Positions 12,471 to 23,649 of a stretch of DNA of 52,695 bases are shown here, piece by piece. The position numbers and the translations under genes are program-made. This stretch comes from Gekko japonicus (taxonomy: Eukaryota). The notes beneath the pieces were generated by a model, which was given only the letters and a program-made list of their open reading frames with translations, had not been told where the DNA came from and searched no databases. Each line of letters starts with the position of its first letter. Positions within the stretch are counted from its first letter, which is position 1. The DNA lies in the NCBI RefSeq assembly GCF_001447785.1, contig NW_015173223.1:82593-135287 (forward strand), read 5' to 3'.

Positions 12471-12702
12471 GAGAGCCAGTGTGGTGTAGTTGTTAGAGGG
12501 CTGGACTAAGATCTGAGAGACCCAGGTTCAAATCTTCCAGTCTGTCGTGGAAGCTCACTGGGTGACCTTGAGCCAGTCACTCTCTCTCAGCCTCACCTAC
12601 CCCATAGGATGGATGCTGATGTTAGGCTACAATGGATGATATTGTAAGCCGTGTGGGGTCTTCGTTGGGAAGAAAATCAAGGTGTAACTATCTAAATAAA
12701 TA
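12471..12702 (+). mobile_element. Squam3A-type SINE
   Basis: GAGAGCCAGTGTGGTGTAGT..GACCCAGGTTCAAAT..CAGCCTCACCTACC..TAAATAAAT tail. Confidence 0.85.
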
Positions 12703-13213
12703 ATTCAGATTAGTAGATAAAAATCAGCAGCCCAGCTCTTGATCTGCTATGAATCAACACTTGTTCCTTGGAAAGGAGACAAAATGTGGCAAAGAAAGAT
12801 GCAACGTACAGAGAGAAGTGTTAGATTTTCACCTGTTGGGTGAGCAAAGCTTCCTTCTGTCTTCATGATTTGAAAGAGAGAAACACAGGTCAGCAAATCA
12901 AACACTGGTTCATTTGTCAGTCTATTTCCTGTTTCGATGACTTAGAAAAAACTTGCCTGCTTTTAAAACACAGGTACTACATTCATATTTATCTCTTCCT
13001 TGATTATGCAGAAAACACAAGCTGAACAGGTGTTTTTATTCCAATATGTAGATCCCAAAGTGGTTCCACTCTTCTGTAACAAACATGCCTAAAATTACAG
13101 TACATTTACAGTAAAACAGTGACAGGACAGTGGAATATAGTAACTCATGAACGGCAGGTGCATCAGCAGGTATTAATCACAATGGCTAAATGGGACCCTC
13201 ATGTTCAGAGCTA

Positions 13214-13780
13214 GTTTCAGAGGGTAGCCATATTGGTCTGTGGTAGAAGAGCTAGATTTAAGTCTAGTAGAACCTTTAGGGTAAAGGTTTCCCTTGCTCT
13301 AGGGATGCAGTGCTCATCTCCGTTTCCAAGCCGAAGAGCCAGCGCTGTCCAAAGATGTTTCCATGGTAATGGGGCCAGCATAACTAGTTGCCAAGGCGCA
13401 CGGAACGCTGTTACTTTCCCACCAAAGTGGTACCTATTTATCTACTTGCAGTTTCTTGCTTTCGGACTGCTAGGTTGGCAGGAGTTGGGACCAGAGACGG
13501 GAGCTCACTCCGCCATGCGGCACTCGGGTCTCAAACTGCTGAACTACCGACCTTCCAGTCTGCAGTTCAGCAACTTAACCACTTGAGCCACCAACAAATA
13601 TCTGGGGCATAAGCTTCTGAGAGTCAAAGCTCCCTTTGTCAGTGAAAGTAGCAATGGGGATCTCTGAGTCCTTCTATCCCAGGCAGAAGATGGGAGGAGT
13701 GCTTTGACTCTTGAAAGTTTATACTCTCAAAGTCTTATTGGCCTCTAAGGTGCTACTGGACTTGAATCTAGCTCTTCTGT
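13214..13780. mobile_element. Penelope-derived inverted pseudo-LTR pair, interrupted by a Sauria SINE
   Basis: AGAAGAGCTAGATTTAAGTCTAGTAG..CCTTTAG vs CTAAGGTGCTACTGGACTTGAATCTAGCTCTTCT; decayed hammerhead CTGACAA-AGGGAG-CTTTGA-CTCTC-AGAA-GCTT on the minus strand at 13607-13645. Confidence 0.75.
13279..13592 (-). mobile_element. Sauria SINE nested in the Penelope element
   Basis: Closely similar to 12064-12412. Confidence 0.88.
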
Positions 13781-14101
13781 TCGGAGGGAGTAACCCTTGG
13801 GATATTGGTGTGGGGACAACAACAGGGAGAGATTTTCCCCCTTCTTGACTTGCTTGTAGGTCTTTGGGGGCATCTAATTGGCCACGGTATGTATGAGGAT
13901 GCTGGACTGATGGACCATTGGTCTGCAACATTTCAGAAGCATCCCTTCCCTAGAGCTTGACTCTGAAGATGAAAGGCTACCTTCAAAAGTCACTTCCCCC
14001 CTGCATTAGCTTCTTTTTTTTTTACCCTGAGATGTTGGGAATGAAAAGTGTTTGATCTTATCTTGTGACAATTTGTTTCACTTCTATTCGATGTACTAGC
14101 C

Positions 14102-15049
14102 ATGGCCAAGAAAGGAACGGAAAACCAAACAGTCATGCAGGAATTTCTGCTCTTGGGATTTGGAGATCAGTCTGAAACACAAATAGTTCTCTTCCTCTTG
14201 TTCCTGACAATCTACATTGTAACCCTTATTGGAAATCTCTCCATCATCGCCCTTGTTATAACTGATCGGCACCTTCACACCCCCATGTACTTCTTCCTGG
14301 GTAACCTCTCCTGTTTGGAATTCTTCTACAGCTCAACCATCCTTCCCAGAATGTTAGTGACTTTCTTTGCTGGTGGGAAAGCCATTTCTGTGAATGAATG
14401 CATTGTTCAGTACTATTTTTTTGGTTTCCTGCTGGGGACAGAATGTTACCTTTTAACGGCAATGTCATATGACCGGTACTTAGCGGTATGTAGACCCCTG
14501 CATTATGGAAGCCTTATGAACTGCCGAATTTGCCTTCAGCTAGCTGCTGGTTCCTGGTTCAGCGGCTTCCTTGCTAACAACATAGTGATATATTTTATCT
14601 CCCAGCTATTTTTCTGTGGTCCCAATGAGATCGACCATTTCTTTTGCGATTTCACCCCTATGGTGAAACTGTCCTGCAGTGATACCCATATGACTGAAGT
14701 GGTCACCAGCATCATGGCTGCAGTGTTTACCTTGCCTCCCTTCCTGCTGCCCCTCCTTTCCTACGTATGTATCGTAGTCACCATTCTGAGAATTCCATCC
14801 ACCACAGGAAGGCGGAAGGCCTTTTCCACCTGCTCCTCTCACCTCACCGTGGTGACCATTTTCTACGGCACTGTAATGGCAGTCTACATGCTTCCCAAGA
14901 ATAACACACTTAGTGCTCTGAATAAGGTGTTTTCTGTCTTCTACACTGTCTTGACACCCCTGGCCAATCCCCTCATATATAGCCTGAGAAACAAAGAGGT
15001 AAAAGAAGCCAGGATTAGGGTTTTCAATAAATGTAAGGCAGCAGCATAA
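14102..15049 (+). CDS. Olfactory receptor, class II (OR6/OR11-like), intact, 315 aa
   Basis: N-glycosylation site NQT; GN in TM1; LHTPMYFFL, MSYDRYLAVCRPLHY, HFFCDF, KAFSTCSSHL, PLANPLIYSLRNKEVK; Kozak GCCATGG with a pyrimidine-rich TAG acceptor at 14097-14099. Confidence 0.97.
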   Translation: MAKKGTENQTVMQEFLLLGFGDQSETQIVLFLLFLTIYIVTLIGNLSIIALVITDRHLHTPMYFFLGNLSCLEFFYSSTILPRMLVTFFAGGKAISVNECIVQYYFFGFLLGTECYLLTAMSYDRYLAVCRPLHYGSLMNCRICLQLAAGSWFSGFLANNIVIYFISQLFFCGPNEIDHFFCDFTPMVKLSCSDTHMTEVVTSIMAAVFTLPPFLLPLLSYVCIVVTILRIPSTTGRRKAFSTCSSHLTVVTIFYGTVMAVYMLPKNNTLSALNKVFSVFYTVLTPLANPLIYSLRNKEVKEARIRVFNKCKAAA

Positions 15050-15811
15050 AGTTATGTACAAATGCGTTACTGCCGGTAGAACGTAAGTCCAGAATCTTTA
15101 TTCTCGTACAAATGGGATTTCATGGGAGTGTGGGAAATGTGACGTTGATTCAAATTCATCCCTTATTATCCTTTCCTCCTTTTTTTTTTTGCCAGATTCA
15201 GATTTGACTAGCTTTCGAGCAAGAGAAACCTTTACCTTAATATTGTTTTTAATATTATAACATATATGCATCTGTCAATCTTCCGTCTGCAGTCTGATGT
15301 TCCTCTTTATTCCCAAATTAATTTTTTAGGGTTTAGCATTTTTTGTGTAGCATTAAATGCAACTTGCAAGGGAAGTAGAACCCAGTAGGGTCAAGCTTAC
15401 CATTACCTGTGCAGTATTGTTCAGACCGTGAAAGGAAATCAGCTGTGGAAACATCTCTCTAAATCTTATGGAAAGGCCTTAGCCATCTCAGCAGAAGTCA
15501 CTGGAGTACTACGAAGGCTCAGCCAAAAATAGACTCCTTGGGATCCACCCTCACAAACTTAATGATATAGCCTTAGATCATGACATTTTCGATCCCAGCC
15601 CTGGAGTTACTGACATTTTGTTTCAGTTTGTGCATGGCTGCATATGATCTTCAAGTTGTGCCCGTGCACCCTTCACAATTTTGTAAGAAATCCAGATGTT
15701 TGCAATGTATTGCATCAGTACCATGGAAATGCTGCCACCCCAAAATGTAAATCCAGGAGCATCCCTGTATGGAAGTAAAATGACAACCTTTAGGGGGATG
15801 GCTGTTCTCCT

Positions 15812-16407
15812 TTCTTTTAATTAAATTTTTATTTGATTTTCACTAATATATAGGACATTTTAGGAAGGGAAGAACATGGGGAAGGGGATAAGACATAAAG
15901 GAAAATTTTCCATCAAGCTTATATAATTTATTTTTTTATTTAATTTTTTACTTATATACCGCCCTGACCCCGGAGGGTCTCTGAGCGGTTTACACAGTTG
16001 TTTATCCCTAACTAGGGCCACATTATTTGTATGGGGGGTGATAAACTACCAGCACCCCGGCCGCGGGCTCAGTTGTTATTCAGTTCCTGGCTCGGCTGTT
16101 ACAATACAATTGTACAATAATAGCTGTTACAATACAATTCCCATCTTAAAGCTTTGTTTCCATACCCCTCTCATTTGTATGATTTCTAAAGCTATAGACA
16201 ATTAATCCAATCCTGGAAAAGTACATATTCTTTACAGTTCAAATTACATTTATCCTAAACTTATAGTAACTATAATCCATTATTCATGATCTTCCTTTTC
16301 ACAGTTTATTTTGACCCATTTATAAAATGGTATCCAATTTTCTCTCACATTTTGTTTACTTTGGTCTTTCAACGAGTAATCAATATATCAATTTCTGCTG
16401 TTACAAA
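15812..16407 (-). mobile_element. L1-clade LINE 3' fragment with a nested repeat tail
   Basis: TSD GCTGTTCTCCT (15801-15811, 16412-16422); poly-T and TTTATT at the left end; degenerate ORF2 C-terminus (AEIDILIT...). Confidence 0.65.
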
Positions 16408-17273
16408 GATAGCTGTTCTCCTAATGACCTCTAGAGGGTACCAGAAGTTGAATCTCAAGTATGTTTATTGTGCAGTACAATGGGTTGCTTTCCATTTCAA
16501 GATAGTTTAACAGGGAACTAGGCATGCTCATTCCCAACATGTCCTCAGAAATTGAAGAGTGTTTCTTGGCAATAAATACCACACTAGGCAAGACAGTTAA
16601 TTGTTGTGGTGCGTGTCTTGTAAACCTCCTAAGTAGAATTTTGTGGCATAATCTACGTAAAGCCATATTACGTAAAGCCAAAGGTTCATATTACACCTAT
16701 TCCATTAACTGACAACTAGTTTTTGTGCTGAAGCTAAAGCAGCAGAGGCTGGGACACTTGAGGAATCTCTTCCCATTTGCATTCTTCTATACTTAACAAA
16801 TGAATGAATTATTTATTTAGCATATGGATATGCTGCTTCTCTAGACCCCTACTGTAAGAGATTCATGAAGTAAAAGCGATATAATAAAATCATAAATATA
16901 ATAGCATAAATTGTTCAATATCAAAACAAGACATAAAATAGCATTCAGCAGCCTACAATCACCTCCACAAATGATATGGTAAGGCTGGAGGCAGACCATA
17001 AGAACAGCTTTAAAAGAGAGAGTCACCCCCCCCCCCCGTTAAAAACCCTGTAAGACCCCCCCCCCGGTTAAAATCCTGTGTCCAAAGGAGATTAAGGTAA
17101 ATGACCTGCAAGATTCCAATAGGTGTGGTGCCACCACTTTTGTTGTTTATTGTTGCTGCCCAACTCACCCCTATTGTATTGCTCATTGGATGTCCCATCC
17201 TGTTGATTGCACTTGATTTACACTCTGTAATCCATTTTGAGTCTCAGAGAGAAAGGCAGACTACAAACCATTA

Positions 17274-18189
17274 TCTATATACTATTAGTGATGAGTGGCC
17301 CCATCTTTTGGATACCTAAGTCCACAGATCTGGACCACACAGATGTTACCGAGATTTTTCTGCAAACTTTGGGAACCCCTTAAATTCACAAAAAAATCCC
17401 AACTCTTAACCCGCAATGGTGGTGGATGCCGGAAGCAACTCTGGCCCTGGCCACCACTGCAGAAGATGCCGGGAATGAGGCTGGACTCAACCACCATGGT
17501 GGCCAATGCTGGGAGAAGCTCCACTTTTGGCTGCAAAAGCAAGCACAGTGCCAAGGATGGAGGGGAGCAGCCAAGAATCCTATTGAGGATTGGGGAAGTG
17601 AGTGAGCAAGTGCTGCACCAACAATGGGGGCCCAGGCAAACAGAGAGCCATCGATGAGGGTGGGGAGGCAAGAGGAGAGCAGACAATGAGGGGTGGAAGG
17701 TGAGATGAAAGCAGAGAGCTGGCAATGGGGGGGCAACTAGATGAGAGCAGAGAGCCAATGCTATGGGGGAGAGCAGGACAAGAGCAGAGAGCTCACAATA
17801 TGGGTGGGGTGATGAATGGGCAAGCACAGAGCTGAAATGAATGATATGATGGAAAGAATATAAAGCTTGAGGGGAGGATAAGCAGAAAATGTGGGAAAAT
17901 GGAAAATTGAAAGTGGGGGAGATGGGGAAACTTAAAGGGTGAGTGAGTGGGGACAGAGGTAGAACGAGAGAGTGATGGGACAGAATGAGAGAGTGATGAG
18001 GCAGGGACAGAAAGAAAGAAAATGATGGGTAGGGGCAGTAAGAAAGAGTGACAGGCCAGGGGGAGAGAGTAAGAGAAGGGGTGGTGGGATGGAAGTGCAA
18101 GAGGCAGAGAAGCAGAGGGATAGGGGAGGAAACAAAGGTGGGGTGAATCAGATTGCCAGTCCCACAAGTTTCTGGAGGGTCCCCACTTG
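17274..18189 (+). mobile_element. Non-autonomous Helitron-like element
   Basis: A|TCTATATACTA 5' end; GA-rich interior; decayed 3' hairpin CCCACAAG..TGGAGGG then CTTG|T; no TSD. Confidence 0.5.
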
Positions 18190-19523
18190 TAACTATAACA
18201 ATTGTTTTCATGGTTATTATATTGATCACCTTGTTGTGCTGCAACTTGGACGTATTTTATGGAAAGGTGGCTTAAACTTATTTACTTACTTCATTTGTGC
18301 CCCATCTTTTGCTCCAATGGGACCCAAAGCAGCCTACCTAGTTCTTTCCTCCATTTCATCTTTACAACAACCCCTTGGGGTAGGTTAGGCTAAGTGTGTG
18401 TGATTGTCCCTCAGCAAGTTTCCATGGCACAGTGGGGATGTGAACCTGGGTCTCCCAGAGCTTATTTTGACACTAGTCTAACCATTATACCACACTGGCA
18501 TTTTTTCCATCTACAAAGATGAGTATATACATTGTTCTTAAACAAAGTGAATAATCATCTAAAATCTCTCAATTGTTAACTATGGCTGCAGTCACATGGA
18601 ACATTAGCCATGCTAGAGAGACAGAAGATAGGCGGAGTTTCCGGGCGCAATCTCACCGGCACATCTGGGAAGCGTAGCGCTCCCATGGCTCAACCGAGAC
18701 TTCCCGCCAAAGATGCGCGGCAAAAAACACAGAGCTGCCCCCCCCCCCCCCCGATATGATGGAAAGAATATAAAGCTTTAGGGGGGGAGGAGAAGCAGAA
18801 AATGTGGGAAAATGGAAAATGGAAAGCGGGGGAGATAGCGAAACATAAAGGGTGAGTGAGTGGGGACAGAGGCAGAACGAGAGAGTGATGGGACAGAACG
18901 AGAGAGTGATGAGGCAGGGACAGAAAGAAAGAAAATGATGGGTAGGGGCAGTAAGAGAGGGTGACAGGCCAGGGGGAGAGAGTAAGAGAAGGGGGGGGGG
19001 GGGGAGAGAGTAAGAGAAGGGGTGGTGGGATGGAAGTGTAAGAGGCAGAGAAGCAGAGGGATAGGGGAGGAAACAAAGGTGGGGTGAATCAGATTGCCAG
19101 TCCCACAAGTTTCTTGAGGTCCCCCACCTGTAACTATAACAATTGTTTTCATGCTTATTATATTGATCACCTTGATGTGCTGCAACTTGGACATATTTTA
19201 TGGAAAGGTGGCTTAAACTTATTTACTTACTTCATTTGTGCCCCATCTTTTGCTCCAATGGGACCCAAAGCAGCCTACCTAGTTCTTTCCTCCATTTCAT
19301 CTTTACAACAACCCCTTGGGTAGGTTAGGCTAAGTGTGTGTAATTGTCCCCCAGCAAGTTTCCATGGCACAGTGGGGATTTGAACCTGGGTCTCCCAGAA
19401 CTTACTTTGACACTAGTCTAACCATTATACCACACTGGCATTTTTTCCATCTACAAAGATGAGTATATACATTGTTCTTAAACAAAGTGAATAATCATCT
19501 AAAATCTCTCAATTGTTAACTAT
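17825..19523 (+). repeat. Direct segmental duplication: 17825-18583 and 18728-19523
   Basis: Both copies contain the Helitron-like end, an old SINE and unique flank, and both end at ...AATTGTTAACTAT. Confidence 0.93.
18584..18728 (-). mobile_element. Single end of a PIF/Harbinger-like MITE (family of 22888-23416)
   Basis: Reverse complement of 23272-23416; begins TAT|GGCTGCAGTCACA. Confidence 0.85.
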
Positions 19524-20188
19524 ATTAAACAGCTATGTTTCAAGATAGATAAATAACTGTAGAGTTGCTATAAATAACTAATAGTGCCTTCCTAAGCAGT
19601 TAGACCCTTCTAAGCCCACTGAATTCAATGGATTTAGGATGTAATTACAATTTAGGATTACACTGCAAATCATGATCAAAGCCTGCAGTTAAGTGGGAAT
19701 AATCCAGTCTGCCTTTTGACCCAGTTCCTCTCTTTACAACAGCTCATTTCCCATATATCTTTTGACCATGGAGGTCTCATGATTCCCAGTGGAGTAATTG
19801 TGAGTGGTCAAAGGGACCCCCTCCTTTCTTTTTCACCAGCAGACAAACTGGCTGGATCCCCTTCAAATATCAAAAAATCTCCTGGTGCATAGATTACTTA
19901 CTGACTTAATTATGAGTGCTGTATCAAGAGAAACCAATCACACTGGGAATTCTTTACACCGTTTCAAAACACAGATGATCTAGAAATCTAGTATGAGCCA
20001 CAAAGCAGGAGGGAATACTCTCCAGTAGAAATAATGAACATCTGTGGATGAATTAAGCAAACATTTGAGTTCTGTAGATTTTTTTCAAATGATAGATAAT
20101 CTCAGTCCCCAAAACAATGCGATTCACAGTATTCATTAGATGTTATGTTTTATGCCATATTTACCAATACTCTATTAACTTTGTATTT

Positions 20189-20418
20189 GAAGAAGAGTTG
20201 GTTTTTATACCCTGCTTTTCTCTACCTTAAGGAGTTTCAAACGAGTTTACAGTCCCAGTCCCTTCCTCTCCCCACAACAGGCACCTTGTGAGGTAGGTGG
20301 GGCTGAGAGAGTTCTGACTGGCCCAACATCACCCAGCAGGCTTCATGTGGAGGAGTGGGGAATCAAACCCAGTTTTCCAGATTACAGTCCACCACTCTTA
20401 ACCTCTACACTAGGCTGG
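20189..20418 (-). mobile_element. Squam3-type SINE
   Basis: GAAGAAGAGTTGG tail; GGAGTGGGGAATCAAACCCAG; CTCTTAACC..TACAC. Confidence 0.88.
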
Positions 20419-20952
20419 CCTCCTGGAGCTATCTCCATTTAATGTTACCACAATAGCCACCGTCCAGTATTAACCCAATTTTTCATCTAATTCAGAATCC
20501 AAGGGCCTTGATTATACCTCCTTGAAAATATATGAGTCTATGGGGATCTCAGAGTATCAAAACCATCGATCCCAAAGGACATTCTGGTTCAGATGCCATC
20601 TTCCATTTATTAAAACGACAACACCTGAAGTGCAAAGTGGGAGAACCTCTGAAGAATGGTCTCATTCGTATGGAGCCTGCTTCTTCAAACTAATAATTCC
20701 TCTGGGATGGTGTCTTAGGGAACAAGCTTAAGTGGGTCTACTTGGCAGTAAGTACCAAAGTACCATTTTATTCAGTGGGGCTTACTTCCAGCAAAGTGCA
20801 CACACAGGAACGCATGATACTGAGTGAGACCATTGGTCTATCAAGTTCAGTCTACTCTGACTGAATGAAGCTCACCAGGGTCTCATGTAGAGGTCTTTCA
20901 TATCACTGAACCTTTAACTGAAGATGCTGGAAGTTGAGCCTAGAACCTTCTG

Positions 20953-21195
20953 AGCGCCAACTTGGTGCAGTGGTTAAGAGCGGCAGACTCTAATCTGGAG
21001 AACCAGGTTTGATTCCCCATTCCTCCACATGAAGCCAGCTGGGTGACCTTGGGTCAGTCACAGCTTTTCAGAACTCTCTCAGTCCCATCTACCTCACAGG
21101 GTGTCTCTTGTAGGGAGAGGAAGGCAATTGTAAGCCACTCTGAGACTCTTTTAGGTACTGAAGAGTGGGATATAAAACCAGCTCTTCTTTTTCTT
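20953..21195 (+). mobile_element. Squam3-type SINE
   Basis: GCCAACTTGGTGCAGTGGTTAAGAGC..GGTTTGATTCCCC..CTCTTCTT tail. Confidence 0.88.
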
Positions 21196-21224
21196 GCCCT
21201 CACCAAAGTATCACTTTGAATCAC

Positions 21225-21394
21225 TTAATTAACAGGCACTGCCAAATTTTGACTCACTCTGAGAAATAAAGAGGTCAGAGTGTATATGAGAGGGTTGGTT
21301 AGAGGTGTTAAGACTGTGTAGAAGAGAGAGAAGATTTTGTTCAGCCCGCTTGGCGTGTCTAGTGTTTGGAAGCATGCGCACACATGCACAGCCA
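21225..21394 (-). pseudogene. OR pseudogene 3' fragment (end of TM6, TM7, C-tail)
   Basis: LNKIFSLFYTVLTPLTNPLIYTL; the following RNKEV codons are present but inverted (21263-21274). Confidence 0.9.
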
Positions 21395-21429
21395 GCAGCC
21401 TTATGCTTCCGTCCATGGCTTTCTCCCCA

Positions 21430-21565
21430 GCATCTGATCGTGCTGGGGAGCAGCTGCGCGGCGGCTCACAGGATCTGTGTGATCCCGCCGCCGCATGTCT
21501 CTTTTGGTGCGGCTTTCAAAAGCCACACTTTGCCCGCAGCAATTTCCCCCCGTGTGGCAGGGGCC
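21430..21565. mobile_element. Single end of a PIF/Harbinger-like MITE
   Basis: CpG-rich; ends GTGTGGCAGGGGCC|TTA, the reverse complement of the TIR GGCCCCTGTCACAC at 22888 (one mismatch). Confidence 0.55.
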
Positions 21566-21954
21566 TTAGTCATTTATATCACAGTGTTTACTTGTTTGTT
21601 GCATTTCCTAAATGGATACCTGTGATCCGTTCTTGGTTTTTTCTGCTGTTGTTCCCAGCAACTGTTCAGAGATACACTGCTACTGAAACTAGAGGTTCCA
21701 TTTGAGTCATCATGGTGAACTGCCATGGATAGACTCACCCTCTGTCAAGCTAAAATTCCTTGGAATGCATCTTTTTTAGGTGGCACTTTAGACGAAGGGC
21801 TGCAAAGCACGTCAACCTTGAAGATTCTTTTGAATCTCAGTTTCACTCTGGTTTCAAGATGTAACATGAAGAGCTCTCACATTCCCATCCATCAAGTGCA
21901 TAAGCTAAAGCTGTCCCTACCATCGTCAATAACTGGGACACTGTTTATTTATAT

Positions 21955-22520
21955 ATAGTTTATTTATCATTTTCCATTATATAAAACATACATAACATAA
22001 TCATTTACATATTTTGGAATTTACATTACACATTTCCCCCCCTCCATCTATCTAACTTTTGCCATCTTTTTTGGAATACACTTTCTTCCTTCCCTGCTAC
22101 TATCATGTTTAGTTTGTCCATTTCTTTTATTTCTAGAATTTTCATTGTTAATTCTTCTCTACTTGGAATTTTATCTGATTTTCACGATTTAGCTACAAGT
22201 ATTCTGGATACTATGAGGACATATAATATCATGCCTTGATCATTATGTTTAATCCCCTCCGGTAACATATTAAGTAAATACACTTCTGGTTCTAACTTCA
22301 AATCTATTTCAGTTATCTCCAATATTATCTGTTTTATCATTTTCCAAAACTTGCAAACCTTCTTGCATCTCCACCATATATGATAGTATGATCTGACATT
22401 TTTATTGCATCTCCAGCAATTCCCTGAGACATTTTTATAACATTTAGCAATCTTATCTGGAGTCCAATGCCACCTATAACACATTTTAAAAATGTTTTCT
22501 TTATACGATGTGGCTCTTAA
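21955..22520 (-). mobile_element. L1-clade LINE ORF2 3' fragment
   Basis: YRWHWTP..CWRC..YYHIWWRC..FW: CCHC-type C-terminal domain; A-rich tail. Confidence 0.9.
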
Positions 22521-22887
22521 CAGCTCTTAACTGGAACACTGTTGATGTTAGTACGCTTGTTAGACATCACTCTGGGACAATTACAAAAATGTGTCTTACC
22601 TGAGGCCATGTAATGTAACTAACTGGATATAATTATTTCTGCACAAACTGCATGTATGTCCAAATGAACAAATGACCATGATTATCTCTTTCAAGTTGTT
22701 ATAGGTGTTGAACTGAGCACGGTACATGATTATGGATGAGGTATGTTTGCATTTTCCAAGATGACTTGCCCAGTTATTTAGCACATGGTCTCTTTAATAA
22801 ATGCAGGGAAAAGGTTGGGTTTCCCCTGTAATACATGCAGTGCAGTCACACTATATTAATCAATTATTCATTTATCTAATAATGTAT

Positions 22888-23416
22888 GGCCCCTGTCACA
22901 CAGGCAGGAAACTGCAGAGGAGAAGTGTGGCTGTTTGCCCCGGGGCAAACTAACATGCAGTAAAGCGATCAGACCTACTGTGGAGGTTCTGTGGAGGTAC
23001 TGTGGAGGTACCATGGCAAGGGAGAGGTGCCGATCACAACACACGCCTGCGCGCAATGAAGAAGTGCGCGGCGCGGTGAACTGGTTTTCTTTTTTTGTGT
23101 ACACTACGAATGCGCATGCTCCGTTGGGTGCGTGTGCGCATCCACGGAGACGTGAAAAAAAAAACCCTTTTCCGCAAGGGGACATGGGCGGGCGCCGGAT
23201 ACCACCGGAAACGCGATCAGACGCCCGCCCTTGCCCCGCAGTTTCTGGAAACTAGTACCTCCAAGGTACTAGTTTTTTGCTGCGCTTTTTCGGCAGGAAG
23301 CCTCACTTGTGCCACGGAAGTGCTACGCTTCCCAGATGTGCTGGTGAGATCACGACCGGAAACTCCGCTTGTCTTCCGTATCTCTTGCGTGGCTAATGTT
23401 GCGTGTGACCGCAGCC
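22888..23416. mobile_element. PIF/Harbinger-like MITE, both ends present
   Basis: Imperfect TIRs GGCCCCTGTCACAC / GTGTGACCGCAGCC; flanked by a 3-bp TAT repeat; CpG-rich interior. Confidence 0.75.
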
Positions 23417-23649
23417 TATAATGCTGATTTACTGATGCATACATATGTTTTTTAATTAATTTATATCTTGCTTCATCCCCAGGAGGAGGAAACTCTATGA
23501 GAGTTTTCTCTCCGAGAGAGAGAGCCACTAGCCCAAGCACTCTAACCACTATAAAACATTGGCTCTCTATGCTGAAAAATGCATAAATTTTAGGGGGGAG
23601 TTTTGGTGCAAAGAAACAGAAAATACTGTGCAAATAAAAGTCACAGCAT

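Noticed and set aside
14256-15061. Antisense and alternate-frame ORFs over OR genes (also 24371-24838, 47195-47674)
   Set aside because: Shadow ORFs of the real OR reading frames.
16421-16440. TAATGA-CCTCTAGAGG as an Lhx2/Ebf composite enhancer motif
   Set aside because: Single imperfect match at the edge of an L1 TSD; expected by chance without conservation data.
17285-18244. 319-aa ORF on the minus strand, plus similar ORFs at 8464-8874 and 18653-19194
   Set aside because: Low-complexity S/P/L/F translation of pyrimidine-rich repeat DNA; no domain motifs.
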